From: an uncultured cyanobacterium
GTDB lineage: Bacteria > Cyanobacteriota > Cyanobacteriia > Phormidesmidales > Phormidesmidaceae
Reading direction: 5' to 3'
DNA length: 64,000 nt
NCBI GenBank assembly: GCA_963793265.1
Contig: CAWBZI010000004.1
Coordinates: 128,001-192,000, forward strand
This document shows positions 29,989 through 37,959 of the stretch, piece by piece. The position numbers were made by a program, and so were the translations under genes. Position 1 is the stretch's first letter. Each line of letters starts with the position of its first letter. The notes under the pieces are model-generated. The model was not told where the DNA came from and searched no databases. It saw nothing but the letters and a program-made list of their open reading frames with translations.

Positions 29989-30027
29989 AAATGTCATGTT
30001 CAAATGTCATGTTCAAATGTCATGTTC
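29989..30027. repeat. 13-bp tandem repeat x3 (AAATGTCATGTTC)
   Basis: Three exact copies, plus a partial AAATGTCA at 30036, in a divergent intergenic region. Confidence 0.9.
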
Positions 30028-30205
30028 ATCACGATAAATGTCACGAGCTAGGAAAAACATATTTGTAGTGACTGTTTTATCGTTGAATTGACGACATTTA
30101 AAGTAATTTTTTGAAGAGATTGCATAATTTCGGTGCTTTAATCCTGAGAATAAGCTGACCATTGAACGGTCTTGTTTAAATTCGTAGGAAGCACCCATCG
30201 CGCAT

Positions 30206-31720
30206 ATGAAAGTTGCTATTGTAGGAGCGGGTTTTGCAGGCTTAAGTACTGCTACAGTGCTCAAAGCTTGCGGTCACACCGTTACTATTTTTGAGAAAGA
30301 ACATGACGTAGGCGGCGTTTGGAGTGCTTCTCGCCGCTATCCAGGACTCACTACTCAGAACGTACGCTCAACCTATGCGCTCTCTGACTTTCCCTATCCA
30401 TCCGACTATCCAGAATGGCCTTCTGGCGAACAGGTTCAACGCTATTTAGAAGCCTACGTTCAGCACTTTGAGCTGCATAAAAATCTACGGTTGGGAACTG
30501 TCGTCACATCGGCTACGCCTGATCAGGAATCGGAGGGTTGGACTATTGCGAGCGATCGCGCAGAGACAACGACAACTGAAATGTTCGACTACCTTGTCGT
30601 CTGCAATGGAATTTTCTCTCAGCCTGTTGTTCCTAAGTTTGAAGGCTCTGAGGATTTTATCAGTAGGGGAGGGCGTATTCTGCACACCAGTGAATTTAAT
30701 CAAGTTGAGGACGCGAAAGATAAGCAGGTTTTGGTTATTGGTTACGGTAAGTCGGCCTGTGATGTGGCTCAGGCGGCTTCTACGGTAGCAGCAAGCACAA
30801 CGGTTGCGGCCAGACAGCTCATATGGAAAGTTCCTAAACGGCTGATGAATATTTTGAACTATAAGTATTTGCTCTTGACCCGTTTGGGAGAAGGGCTGTT
30901 TAGATACAGAAAGCTGCAGGGCTTTGAGAAGTTTTTACATGGTGTGGGTCAGCCGATCCGCAATACGATGCTGAACCAAGTCCGCTGGGTGGTGACCCGG
31001 CAGTGCGGCCTCAAGCCGCTCGACTTGGTGCCTGAGCAGCCTTTTGAGACGATTGCTCGAAGCACGGTTAGCTTAGTGAGCGATAATTTTTACGAGAGTA
31101 TTGCCAAAGGCAAGATGGCGGTTAAGAAGAACGCTGTGGTGTCGCGTATTGTGTCATCAGCGGCGCAGTCATTTGCTGAGCTGAGTACGGGCGATCGCAT
31201 CCCAACAGACATTATTATCTGTGGGACAGGCTGGACTCAGAGCGTCCCTTTCTTTACATCGGCGCTCAATGCCAAAATTCTCGATGCTCAGGGTAATTTT
31301 CGGCTTTACCGCTCTATGGTTCCGGTGGAGGTTCCCAACCTAGCCTTCAATGGCTATAACTCTTCTTTATTTAGTCAGCTAAACTGCGAGATAGGCGCGC
31401 TGTGGATTGCGAGTGTGATGAACAACAGCTTACGCTTACCCGCTCAATGCGATCAAAATGAAGCGATTGATCGACGACTGGAGTGGATGCAGCGCTTCAC
31501 AGAGGGTAAACATGCTAAGGGAACAAACATTATTCCATTCTCTATACATCATATCGATGAGCTACTTGAGGATATGAATTTGAGTGTAAGCCCTTTTATT
31601 CGACTAAAACAGTGGCTTTTACCCGTTGATCCTGGTGACTTTGCCTTTGCCAAGCAACGACTGCTCAAGCGATTTCTAAAGTCAAATGATGAAGGCCAAA
31701 GCTCAATAGATGACTGCTAG
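30206..31720 (+). CDS. Flavin-containing monooxygenase (FMO-like)
   Basis: IVGAGFAG, GGVW, FMO-like F..GGRILHTSEF, VIGYGKSA, ICGTGW. Confidence 0.88.
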   Translation: MKVAIVGAGFAGLSTATVLKACGHTVTIFEKEHDVGGVWSASRRYPGLTTQNVRSTYALSDFPYPSDYPEWPSGEQVQRYLEAYVQHFELHKNLRLGTVVTSATPDQESEGWTIASDRAETTTTEMFDYLVVCNGIFSQPVVPKFEGSEDFISRGGRILHTSEFNQVEDAKDKQVLVIGYGKSACDVAQAASTVAASTTVAARQLIWKVPKRLMNILNYKYLLLTRLGEGLFRYRKLQGFEKFLHGVGQPIRNTMLNQVRWVVTRQCGLKPLDLVPEQPFETIARSTVSLVSDNFYESIAKGKMAVKKNAVVSRIVSSAAQSFAELSTGDRIPTDIIICGTGWTQSVPFFTSALNAKILDAQGNFRLYRSMVPVEVPNLAFNGYNSSLFSQLNCEIGALWIASVMNNSLRLPAQCDQNEAIDRRLEWMQRFTEGKHAKGTNIIPFSIHHIDELLEDMNLSVSPFIRLKQWLLPVDPGDFAFAKQRLLKRFLKSNDEGQSSIDDC

Positions 31721-33583
31721 CCACCCCGCGCTACCGGCAGCAATTGCGGACAGTAAAAGGGAACTAAAGAGCCACCAGAGTGCGATCGCTGCCTGCTTTC
31801 GGGCTGCATCTGCCTGCGTCTGAATTTCTGTTTTAACGGCGGTGGCCTGCTCGTCAAGCTTTTCTTTGGCAATGCCTACCTGCTCTACTATTTTTTGCCT
31901 GGCGGTGTCTAGCGAGGCGCTATCGAGCAAGCTGCCTAGCTGATCTGTCTGAGACTGTAAGCTGCTCACCCAGGTGCCTACTTGTTTTGCAACAGAATTC
32001 CAGGCGGCTTCGCTCCATGCCAAAATCTCTTGAATTTCATCCACAGTGAGATCTTTTCTTTCTTCTAAGGCTTTTTGCCAGCCGGGTTTATCCCAAAGCG
32101 TTTCTAGCTCTGAGATGTCCGGTAGATCGGAAGGGTGAGGCAGCGATTTCAAGCCGCTGCTGATAATATGTGTGAGGTCTTTTGCTATCTGTACGGGATG
32201 AAAAGCGGCTTTGTTTTGTTTTTGTAGGTAGCAGGCAATCTGAGCCTTAAGCTTTTCTGTTAGGGTTTGAGCTTCGTGAACGGAGGGTATTAAGATTTCT
32301 TGCCATTCAATAGACTGTACGGACGCTTCTAAGGCGTGCTGAACTTTCTTAGGATATGATTCTGCTGCGCTTTCTGTCGGTGCGTGCTCTGGTTGCTGTT
32401 CCTGCTGCTCGTTTTGCTGTTCTTTGGGCCATGTCGACTCTAGAACATCTATGAGTTCCTGTTTTTTCTCTTCTGCTAAGTTTTGCCGTTTGGATAAGAC
32501 TGCTTCGATAGCGCCTACGTCTATTTGAATGTCGCTGAGCGTATCGACACTATGTTCTTCTTTTTGAGATTCTATTTTATCGACTAAGTTAGCGGGTGTG
32601 AGCAAGTCTGTGTTGGTGTAGCGGCAGTAAGACAGTAGCTTTCTCTGCATCGCTTTGGCCGCGACTGTTTGTTTGGCTGGTTGTTTTGAATGCTGTGCTA
32701 GATGGTTTTGCTGGTGTTCCTCATCTGTGCTCTCTTCGTGTGTGTTCTGGTCACTTTCACTTTGTAGAAACGAAGGTAGCTGCTGATATACCAAATCTTC
32801 TACTTCTGAGAGATCTACCTGTTCGAGAACTTGCTGTGAAAGCTGCTGCCAGCTCGGCAAGTCAAGAGCTGACTCAAGCTTTGAGATCATGCTAGATGAG
32901 TATATGGCAGGTGAATAGGACGGTGCTGAGGGCTTATCAGGTTCTTTGGTAGGGGCGATGTCGGTGAGGATGGTTTCTGTTTGATTAGGGGATAGGCGGG
33001 TGCGATCGCTAATTTCTGCAACCAGCGCTTCCCTTTGGCTAGCTAGTAGCGCAGGCAGTGCCTGCTGAGCATCTGTAACCTGTGATAGCTCTGCGGCTAA
33101 TGCTTGCAGCATAGACTGCTCTGATGGTTCGTTCTCAGGCGCGTTGGATGATGGTTTAAGCGCTGAGAATACTTGTTTGATGCTGGCGATCGCGCCGCCC
33201 AAAAGTGAATCTACAATACCTGCGATTGTCGTGGTGCCGAGCCAGGTGAGCAACAGCCAATAGGTCGCCCAGTAGATAAGGCCAAAGATAATGCCCTGTC
33301 GGGGGCTGATGATGAGGCTGAAGTCTGTGGAGAGAAAAGCCGTGATGAAAATGATGCTGGAAAGACCTAAGGCTATGCCGAAGCCAATCAGGTGGGTGAT
33401 GGGTAGCGAAAATTTTGACTGAGAGGGTTTGGTGGCTGCTGCGTTTGAAGCTTGGCCGGTGTTACCTTTGGCGGGTGATAGATCAAGGACGGTGAGGCCA
33501 AGGGCGATGCCTAAGCTGGCGAGCAGGAGTTGGAGGATGAGTGCGATCACGAGTCCGCCGACCAAAGAAAAAACGAATATCAT
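31703..33583 (-). CDS. Hypothetical membrane-anchored helical protein (cyanobacterial family)
   Basis: N-terminal TM helices, long acidic/helical middle, C-terminal ARKQAAIALWWLF..AAG membrane anchor. Confidence 0.7.
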   Translation of the reverse strand: MIFVFSLVGGLVIALILQLLLASLGIALGLTVLDLSPAKGNTGQASNAAATKPSQSKFSLPITHLIGFGIALGLSSIIFITAFLSTDFSLIISPRQGIIFGLIYWATYWLLLTWLGTTTIAGIVDSLLGGAIASIKQVFSALKPSSNAPENEPSEQSMLQALAAELSQVTDAQQALPALLASQREALVAEISDRTRLSPNQTETILTDIAPTKEPDKPSAPSYSPAIYSSSMISKLESALDLPSWQQLSQQVLEQVDLSEVEDLVYQQLPSFLQSESDQNTHEESTDEEHQQNHLAQHSKQPAKQTVAAKAMQRKLLSYCRYTNTDLLTPANLVDKIESQKEEHSVDTLSDIQIDVGAIEAVLSKRQNLAEEKKQELIDVLESTWPKEQQNEQQEQQPEHAPTESAAESYPKKVQHALEASVQSIEWQEILIPSVHEAQTLTEKLKAQIACYLQKQNKAAFHPVQIAKDLTHIISSGLKSLPHPSDLPDISELETLWDKPGWQKALEERKDLTVDEIQEILAWSEAAWNSVAKQVGTWVSSLQSQTDQLGSLLDSASLDTARQKIVEQVGIAKEKLDEQATAVKTEIQTQADAARKQAAIALWWLFSSLLLSAIAAGSAGWLAVIY

Positions 33584-33715
33584 CTTTCGCCCAGCTCACA
33601 TCCTACTTAGAATAGAGAGCTACGGGCGGGCCAGTCATCTATCAGGAGGACTGTTTTGCGATTGTGTATGGGCTAGATAGGTAGCACGTTTCAACTATGA
33701 GTATAGAGATGAACT

Positions 33716-34204
33716 ATGAACAGATACTATGCGTGGATTGCAGGTGGATTATCAATTGCTTTAGCGCTATGCGGACAAGCCAATGCGCAAGTGTCAGACA
33801 TTCCGTCTGCTGATAGGCATGGTAATTTTAACTCGGCAATTATAAGGGGTAATCGTGGGCTGCTTGGTAACCATCATTGGCTATTGATGGCCCAGCCAGA
33901 CGGCTTTCTGAACTGTCGCACTACCCCAAACGGTACAGTTAGATCGGTGATTGTGCCGGGTGCTATTATTACCGCTAAGTTTAGTGGCCCACTTAAGCTA
34001 GACGGCGGGCAAACGCCTAACCCTGCTGCCGATGCGATCGCCACTCATAACGGCAGGCCCTGGCTACGCATTACCGGAACACAAAGCGCCCTGATTCTTC
34101 CACCTCCAAGGAACCGCTATCGTCAGAACTATATAGGAGAGTGCTATGTAAGAGCAAATTCCCAATATATTGTTCCAGTCAACAACGATGTGGAACTGCA
34201 ATAG
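33716..34204 (+). CDS. Hypothetical secreted protein
   Basis: Signal peptide ending ANA; LNCR..PWL..CYVRANSQYIVPV. Confidence 0.65.
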   Translation: MNRYYAWIAGGLSIALALCGQANAQVSDIPSADRHGNFNSAIIRGNRGLLGNHHWLLMAQPDGFLNCRTTPNGTVRSVIVPGAIITAKFSGPLKLDGGQTPNPAADAIATHNGRPWLRITGTQSALILPPPRNRYRQNYIGECYVRANSQYIVPVNNDVELQ

Positions 34205-34263
34205 TTAAACAAAACGACAGTTCGCTATAGTAGGCAATGAGTTGTTGGGTATAGAGTGCTTGT

Positions 34264-34693
34264 ATGGTTGACCTGCCGGATGGGCGTGCAAGAACGATCG
34301 TAAGTCGTGGCATAGCTAATCGACGTATGAAACGCTACGCAGAAGCGATCGTTGACTTTGATCGACTGGTAGAACTTAGTCCAGAAGATAAAAGGACAAT
34401 TGCATGTCGTGGCACAAGCTATTAAGTTTGCTCAGGAAGCTTATCAATCCGATTTTCCAGATTATCAAAATACTTGTGTCATAGCGATTTTTCATCTTAC
34501 CGCTGGCAACATCTCTCAATCCAAGCATTTATATCAGAATGCTTTAGCGAACAAACCTATAGCTGAACCTATCAAATATGCCATTGGCAACTTAAAAGAT
34601 TTGCTTACTGTGCTGCCTAATTTCCCTAATGCTGAGAACCTACGCAATTACTTACAAGCTGCTCTATTAAAGGAAACTAATGATCTGAATTGA
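34264..34693 (+). pseudogene. Fragmented TPR-protein 3' remnant
   Basis: 34264-34425 reads SRGIANRRMKRYAEAIVDFDRLVELSPEDKRTIACRGTSY* (TPR consensus); the overlapping frame 34400-34693 resembles a TPR-protein C-terminus. Confidence 0.6.
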
Positions 34694-34715
34694 GCATTTT
34701 GCGGCGTTAGGGAGC

Positions 34716-34865
34716 TGCGCTCAAATAAAGTACCGGCAAACCGACAAATATTGCCCTGGGCATAGCGTGCTAAGCCCCTACGTCACCGTCAATTTCTGTA
34801 GGGGCTTAGCACTGCTATGCCCGAGGCAATGAACAGCGCTATCAGCGGTACTTTATTTAGACGCA
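34716..34865. repeat. REPIN-like long hairpin of two inverted GTAG-type REP units
   Basis: GGGCATAGCGTGCTAAGCCCCTAC / GTAGGGGCTTAGCACTGCTATGCCC inside a perfect 13-bp outer IR AAATAAAGTACCG (34723-35) / CGGTACTTTATTT (34846-58). Confidence 0.8.
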
Positions 34866-34913
34866 TGTCCCTTATCTATTCGCGTAGGCTGAGCAGTTAT
34901 GTAATTGTGTCTG

Positions 34914-35123
34914 GGCTATGCCTACTTTTTATAACAACTTATGCTTTTTGGTTAGGCGATCGCACTCCTCCCAAACCAACTTTCACTATTCCCTCAAGAG
35001 TAAACATACTTATCGCAGCAGCTTTCACTGATTGATTAAGCGATCGCACTCCTCCCAAACCAACTTTCACTCTCTTGCAATCAACTAACACTCCTCTCCT
35101 AACAACAAAAACTTCTTTATTTG
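34914..35123. repeat. Degenerate 21-bp-period tandem array (about 10 units)
   Basis: Units start at 34935, 34956, 34977, 34998, 35019, 35040, 35061, 35082 and 35103; consensus CAACTwwCACT......AA; 32-bp exact repeat at 34956 and 35040 (84 = 4 x 21). Confidence 0.8.
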
Positions 35124-35311
35124 TTGCAAAGCAATCAATATTTAGGCGCATCCTCATCTGAGCATCCTAAAACTTCTGTACTTTCACTGAACAGCAGATG
35201 TGCTTTATGTTCATCCTTACGGGCATATTGATCACAAGAAAGATAACAGACCGCCGCAAGGCAAAGAATTCTCTTTTTTGATAATTTACAACATATGCAG
35301 AGAGGTGAATT

Positions 35312-35680
35312 GTGCCAAGAAGAAAGAAAACATCTCAAATTCTACCTAAAGCCGTTAAGCGCCTGTCCGGTGTGAAGTCCATCAACGAAAAGCTTGACCT
35401 TGGCAACGGCATTACGGCCACTTCTTTTGCCAAAGAGATTGAAATCCTTCGTCAGAAAGTAGATGCTTACAACACGCTACTTTCTAAAGTAGATGCGGCT
35501 TCTAACGAGATAAAGCAGGCCGAAAAGAAAGTGCTGCTCACCTCTAAAAACGTACTTAAAGGCGTCGCAATTAAGTACGGCGACGATAGCAACGAGTACG
35601 AAATGGTCGGAGGCACCCGCACTACTGAGCGGCGTCGGCGTCGGGTGATTCCGTCAGCGGTAGAGACGGCCATTGTGTAG
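35312..35680 (+). CDS. Conserved hypothetical alpha-helical protein with basic N- and C-terminal tails
   Basis: GAGG SD then GTG; MPRRKKTS..LDLGNG..YN..GVAIKYGDDSNEYEMVGGTRTTERRRRR; a family I recognise from cyanobacteria, function unknown. Confidence 0.85.
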   Translation: MPRRKKTSQILPKAVKRLSGVKSINEKLDLGNGITATSFAKEIEILRQKVDAYNTLLSKVDAASNEIKQAEKKVLLTSKNVLKGVAIKYGDDSNEYEMVGGTRTTERRRRRVIPSAVETAIV

Positions 35681-35726
35681 CGATCGCGACGGCTTTTCCT
35701 TTTATGCGTGGTAAGTAACTTTAATC

Positions 35727-35755
35727 AGGAGGTGGCAGTAGTCACCTCCTTTTTT
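35727..35755 (+). terminator. Intrinsic terminator
   Basis: AGGAGGTGGC-AGTA-GTCACCTCCT followed by TTTTT. Confidence 0.75.
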
Positions 35756-36021
35756 CATGCTTTTGCCTTTACGCCAAAGTAACAGGCGGCGCAATGCCCA
35801 ATCCGAATGACCCAGGGTTGAGCGTCAGCGTTTCTCTTAAATAACCTATTCGTTGCAGGTAAAACATTTTCTGCAACCTCAAAGTTTCCGGTTTCAATAT
35901 CAATCGCTACAATGTTGCCTTTATTCCCGGCTTCAACTTTCTGCCGAATCTCAGATTCATACAGTGCTTGTCCACGTCTAGCTAGTTCTTCCTTGCTGTG
36001 GCGTCGCTGTCGAGGTTCCAT
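35755..36021 (-). CDS. Small hypothetical protein (DUF5678-like)
   Basis: EELARRGQALYE..GNIVAIDIETGNFEV..WVIRIG. Confidence 0.7.
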   Translation of the reverse strand: MEPRQRRHSKEELARRGQALYESEIRQKVEAGNKGNIVAIDIETGNFEVAENVLPATNRLFKRNADAQPWVIRIGHCAACYFGVKAKA

Positions 36022-36173
36022 AACTTAAACGCAAATAGATTCTATACCTAACTTAAGCATTCTATCAGATGCATTCAGTCCCCCAGCTCCTGCCTGTGCC
36101 GCTTGCAGACTACGTGCAAGCTATCTAATAAAGGCGGGTTGTCCATTTTCAATCAGGATCAACCCGCACTGTG

Positions 36174-36479
36174 CTAAATCAGTCTTCGCAACAAGCTGAT
36201 AGCCTCCCCTGGTTCAGGCGTAATGACAAGGGGCTCGGTTACGTTCAAGATGGGTGTCCACAGGACGGTTTCGGCGTAGTGCAGTGTGTGTAATAGGTGG
36301 ATGGTTTGGCGTATGACTCTGGGGGAGCCTAGTAGAATGTGTCGTAGCGGTTCTCGTGGTTGGTTGCCTTCTGGACTGCTTTCTAGTCGCTGCTGAGGTA
36401 GCGCTAAAGAGGTTGGTGAAGCACCGGGAAATAGGTCAGCAGTGAGCGGATGATTAGTCGTGAAAGTCTTTGTTTTCAT
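36174..36479 (-). CDS. Conserved cyanobacterial hypothetical protein
   Basis: REPLRHILLGSP..TIHLLHTLHYAE..W.P..PGEAISLL pattern; ATG at 36479 preferred. Confidence 0.7.
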   Translation of the reverse strand: MKTKTFTTNHPLTADLFPGASPTSLALPQQRLESSPEGNQPREPLRHILLGSPRVIRQTIHLLHTLHYAETVLWTPILNVTEPLVITPEPGEAISLLRRLI

Positions 36480-36816
36480 GGGTTTTCCATGTTGTGGTTT
36501 AGAAAAACCTATGAAAAACTTAGCCCCCCTAACTTGCCAAAAGTCAGGGGGGCTGTGGCATGATAGCCACAACTCCTCTCACTGGTGTTGTCAGTGTTAG
36601 GGGCGAGCTGTCAGCGTTGGGCCCTAATCCAATGCTGACGGCGACTAAATTTTTCAAGGCGGTTGAGCTACTGCGTAACTTTTCAGCACGTAGTAACCGT
36701 AAAGCTAGCCTATCAGTACGGTTTCAGAACCGTCAACTATTTGACATGAAACCTTGATAAATACGCAGGTGACTTCGTAAAACACTTTCAGCTTACTTGC
36801 GTAGCTTTCATACTGT

Positions 36817-37821
36817 TCAAACGTCTACTCCTTCATCCATTTCTCCCTCAAACAAAGTCTCTAAAGGACTCGCCTCTATATTCATCTCTTCAGTAATATA
36901 TCGAGACAGAACATCGTTTTGACCATGCGTGACATACACGTTCTTTGCTTTGGTCTGCTTCACCGTCTTAATCAGTCCCGGCCAGTCGGCATGGTCAGAA
37001 AGAACAAAGCCGCGTTCGTAGCCGCGTCGTCTGCGGGCTCCACGTACGGCCATCCAGCCAGAGGCAAAGGCAGTTTGGGGGCGTTTGAAGCGCTTCATCC
37101 AGCTTGAGCGATGGCCGGAAGGAGGGGCAATGATCAAATCGCCTGCGAATTTGTGGGATTTTTCCATTTCGGAGACGGGGACGGTCGGTACCATTTTGAT
37201 GCCGACCTCGCGGTAGATTTCGGTGAGGTGGTGAACTGCGCCGTGGAGGTAGACGGTTTTATCAGTGAACTTGGTGAGTTCGGCTAAGACGCGCTGGGAT
37301 TTGCCAAAGGCGTAGCAAAATAGCAAGGAAGGTCGGGTGAGGTCGCCCTGCCACCAGCTGTAGATTTCTTCGGCGGTGATTTCGCCGCTGTCCCAGTGGT
37401 AGATGGGCAGGCCAAAGGTGGCTTCGGTGATGAAGCTGTCGCATTCAACCACTTCAAAGGGCTCGCACGAAGGATCGAGATCGCGCTTGTAGTCGCCTGA
37501 GACGGCCCACACTTCGCCCTTGTGCTCTACGCGAATTTGGGCTGAGCCGAGGACGTGACCGGCTGAGTGAAAGGATATCCAGGTGTCGCCGAGCTTAATT
37601 TTTTCGCCGTAGGTGACGCCGTTAAGATCAATGTCTTGACCGAGGCGGCGGCGTAAAATGCCTTCGGAGATGGCGGTGGCGTAGTAGTGCTGGTGGCCGC
37701 TGTAGGCGTGGTCGGCATGGGCGTGGGTGATGAGGGCTGTTTCTACGGGTTTCCAAGGGTCGATGTAGAAGTTGCCGACTTCGCAGTAAAGACCTTCGGG
37801 GCGGACGGTGATGAGTGGCAT
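36817..37821 (-). CDS. Ligase-associated DNA damage response exonuclease (MBL/beta-CASP fold)
   Basis: YIDPWKPV..ITHAHADH, AGHVLGSAQ, SGDYKR, ITEATFGLP, ASGWM, LSDHADW, VTHG. Confidence 0.92.
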   Translation of the reverse strand: MPLITVRPEGLYCEVGNFYIDPWKPVETALITHAHADHAYSGHQHYYATAISEGILRRRLGQDIDLNGVTYGEKIKLGDTWISFHSAGHVLGSAQIRVEHKGEVWAVSGDYKRDLDPSCEPFEVVECDSFITEATFGLPIYHWDSGEITAEEIYSWWQGDLTRPSLLFCYAFGKSQRVLAELTKFTDKTVYLHGAVHHLTEIYREVGIKMVPTVPVSEMEKSHKFAGDLIIAPPSGHRSSWMKRFKRPQTAFASGWMAVRGARRRRGYERGFVLSDHADWPGLIKTVKQTKAKNVYVTHGQNDVLSRYITEEMNIEASPLETLFEGEMDEGVDV

Positions 37822-37959
37822 TTAGAGACGATGTGTGAGCGGTAAGGGGGCGACGGCTGGAACGCAGTTGTGAAGTCAACTTTGGTTGATTTCACCAAAT
37901 GAATAGCGGGAATGATGAACGTGGCTCTTTGCTTACTTTAACAACTTTTAATAACGGCT

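Noticed and set aside
34956..35071. 32-bp direct repeat pair as a mini-CRISPR
   Set aside because: Only two exact copies; the apparent spacer itself follows the 21-bp register; no CRISPR-like repeat end and no cas genes
19738..36800. Prophage or integrative element spanning the accessory region
   Set aside because: No integrase, transposase, phage structural gene, tRNA target or flanking att-like repeat was seen
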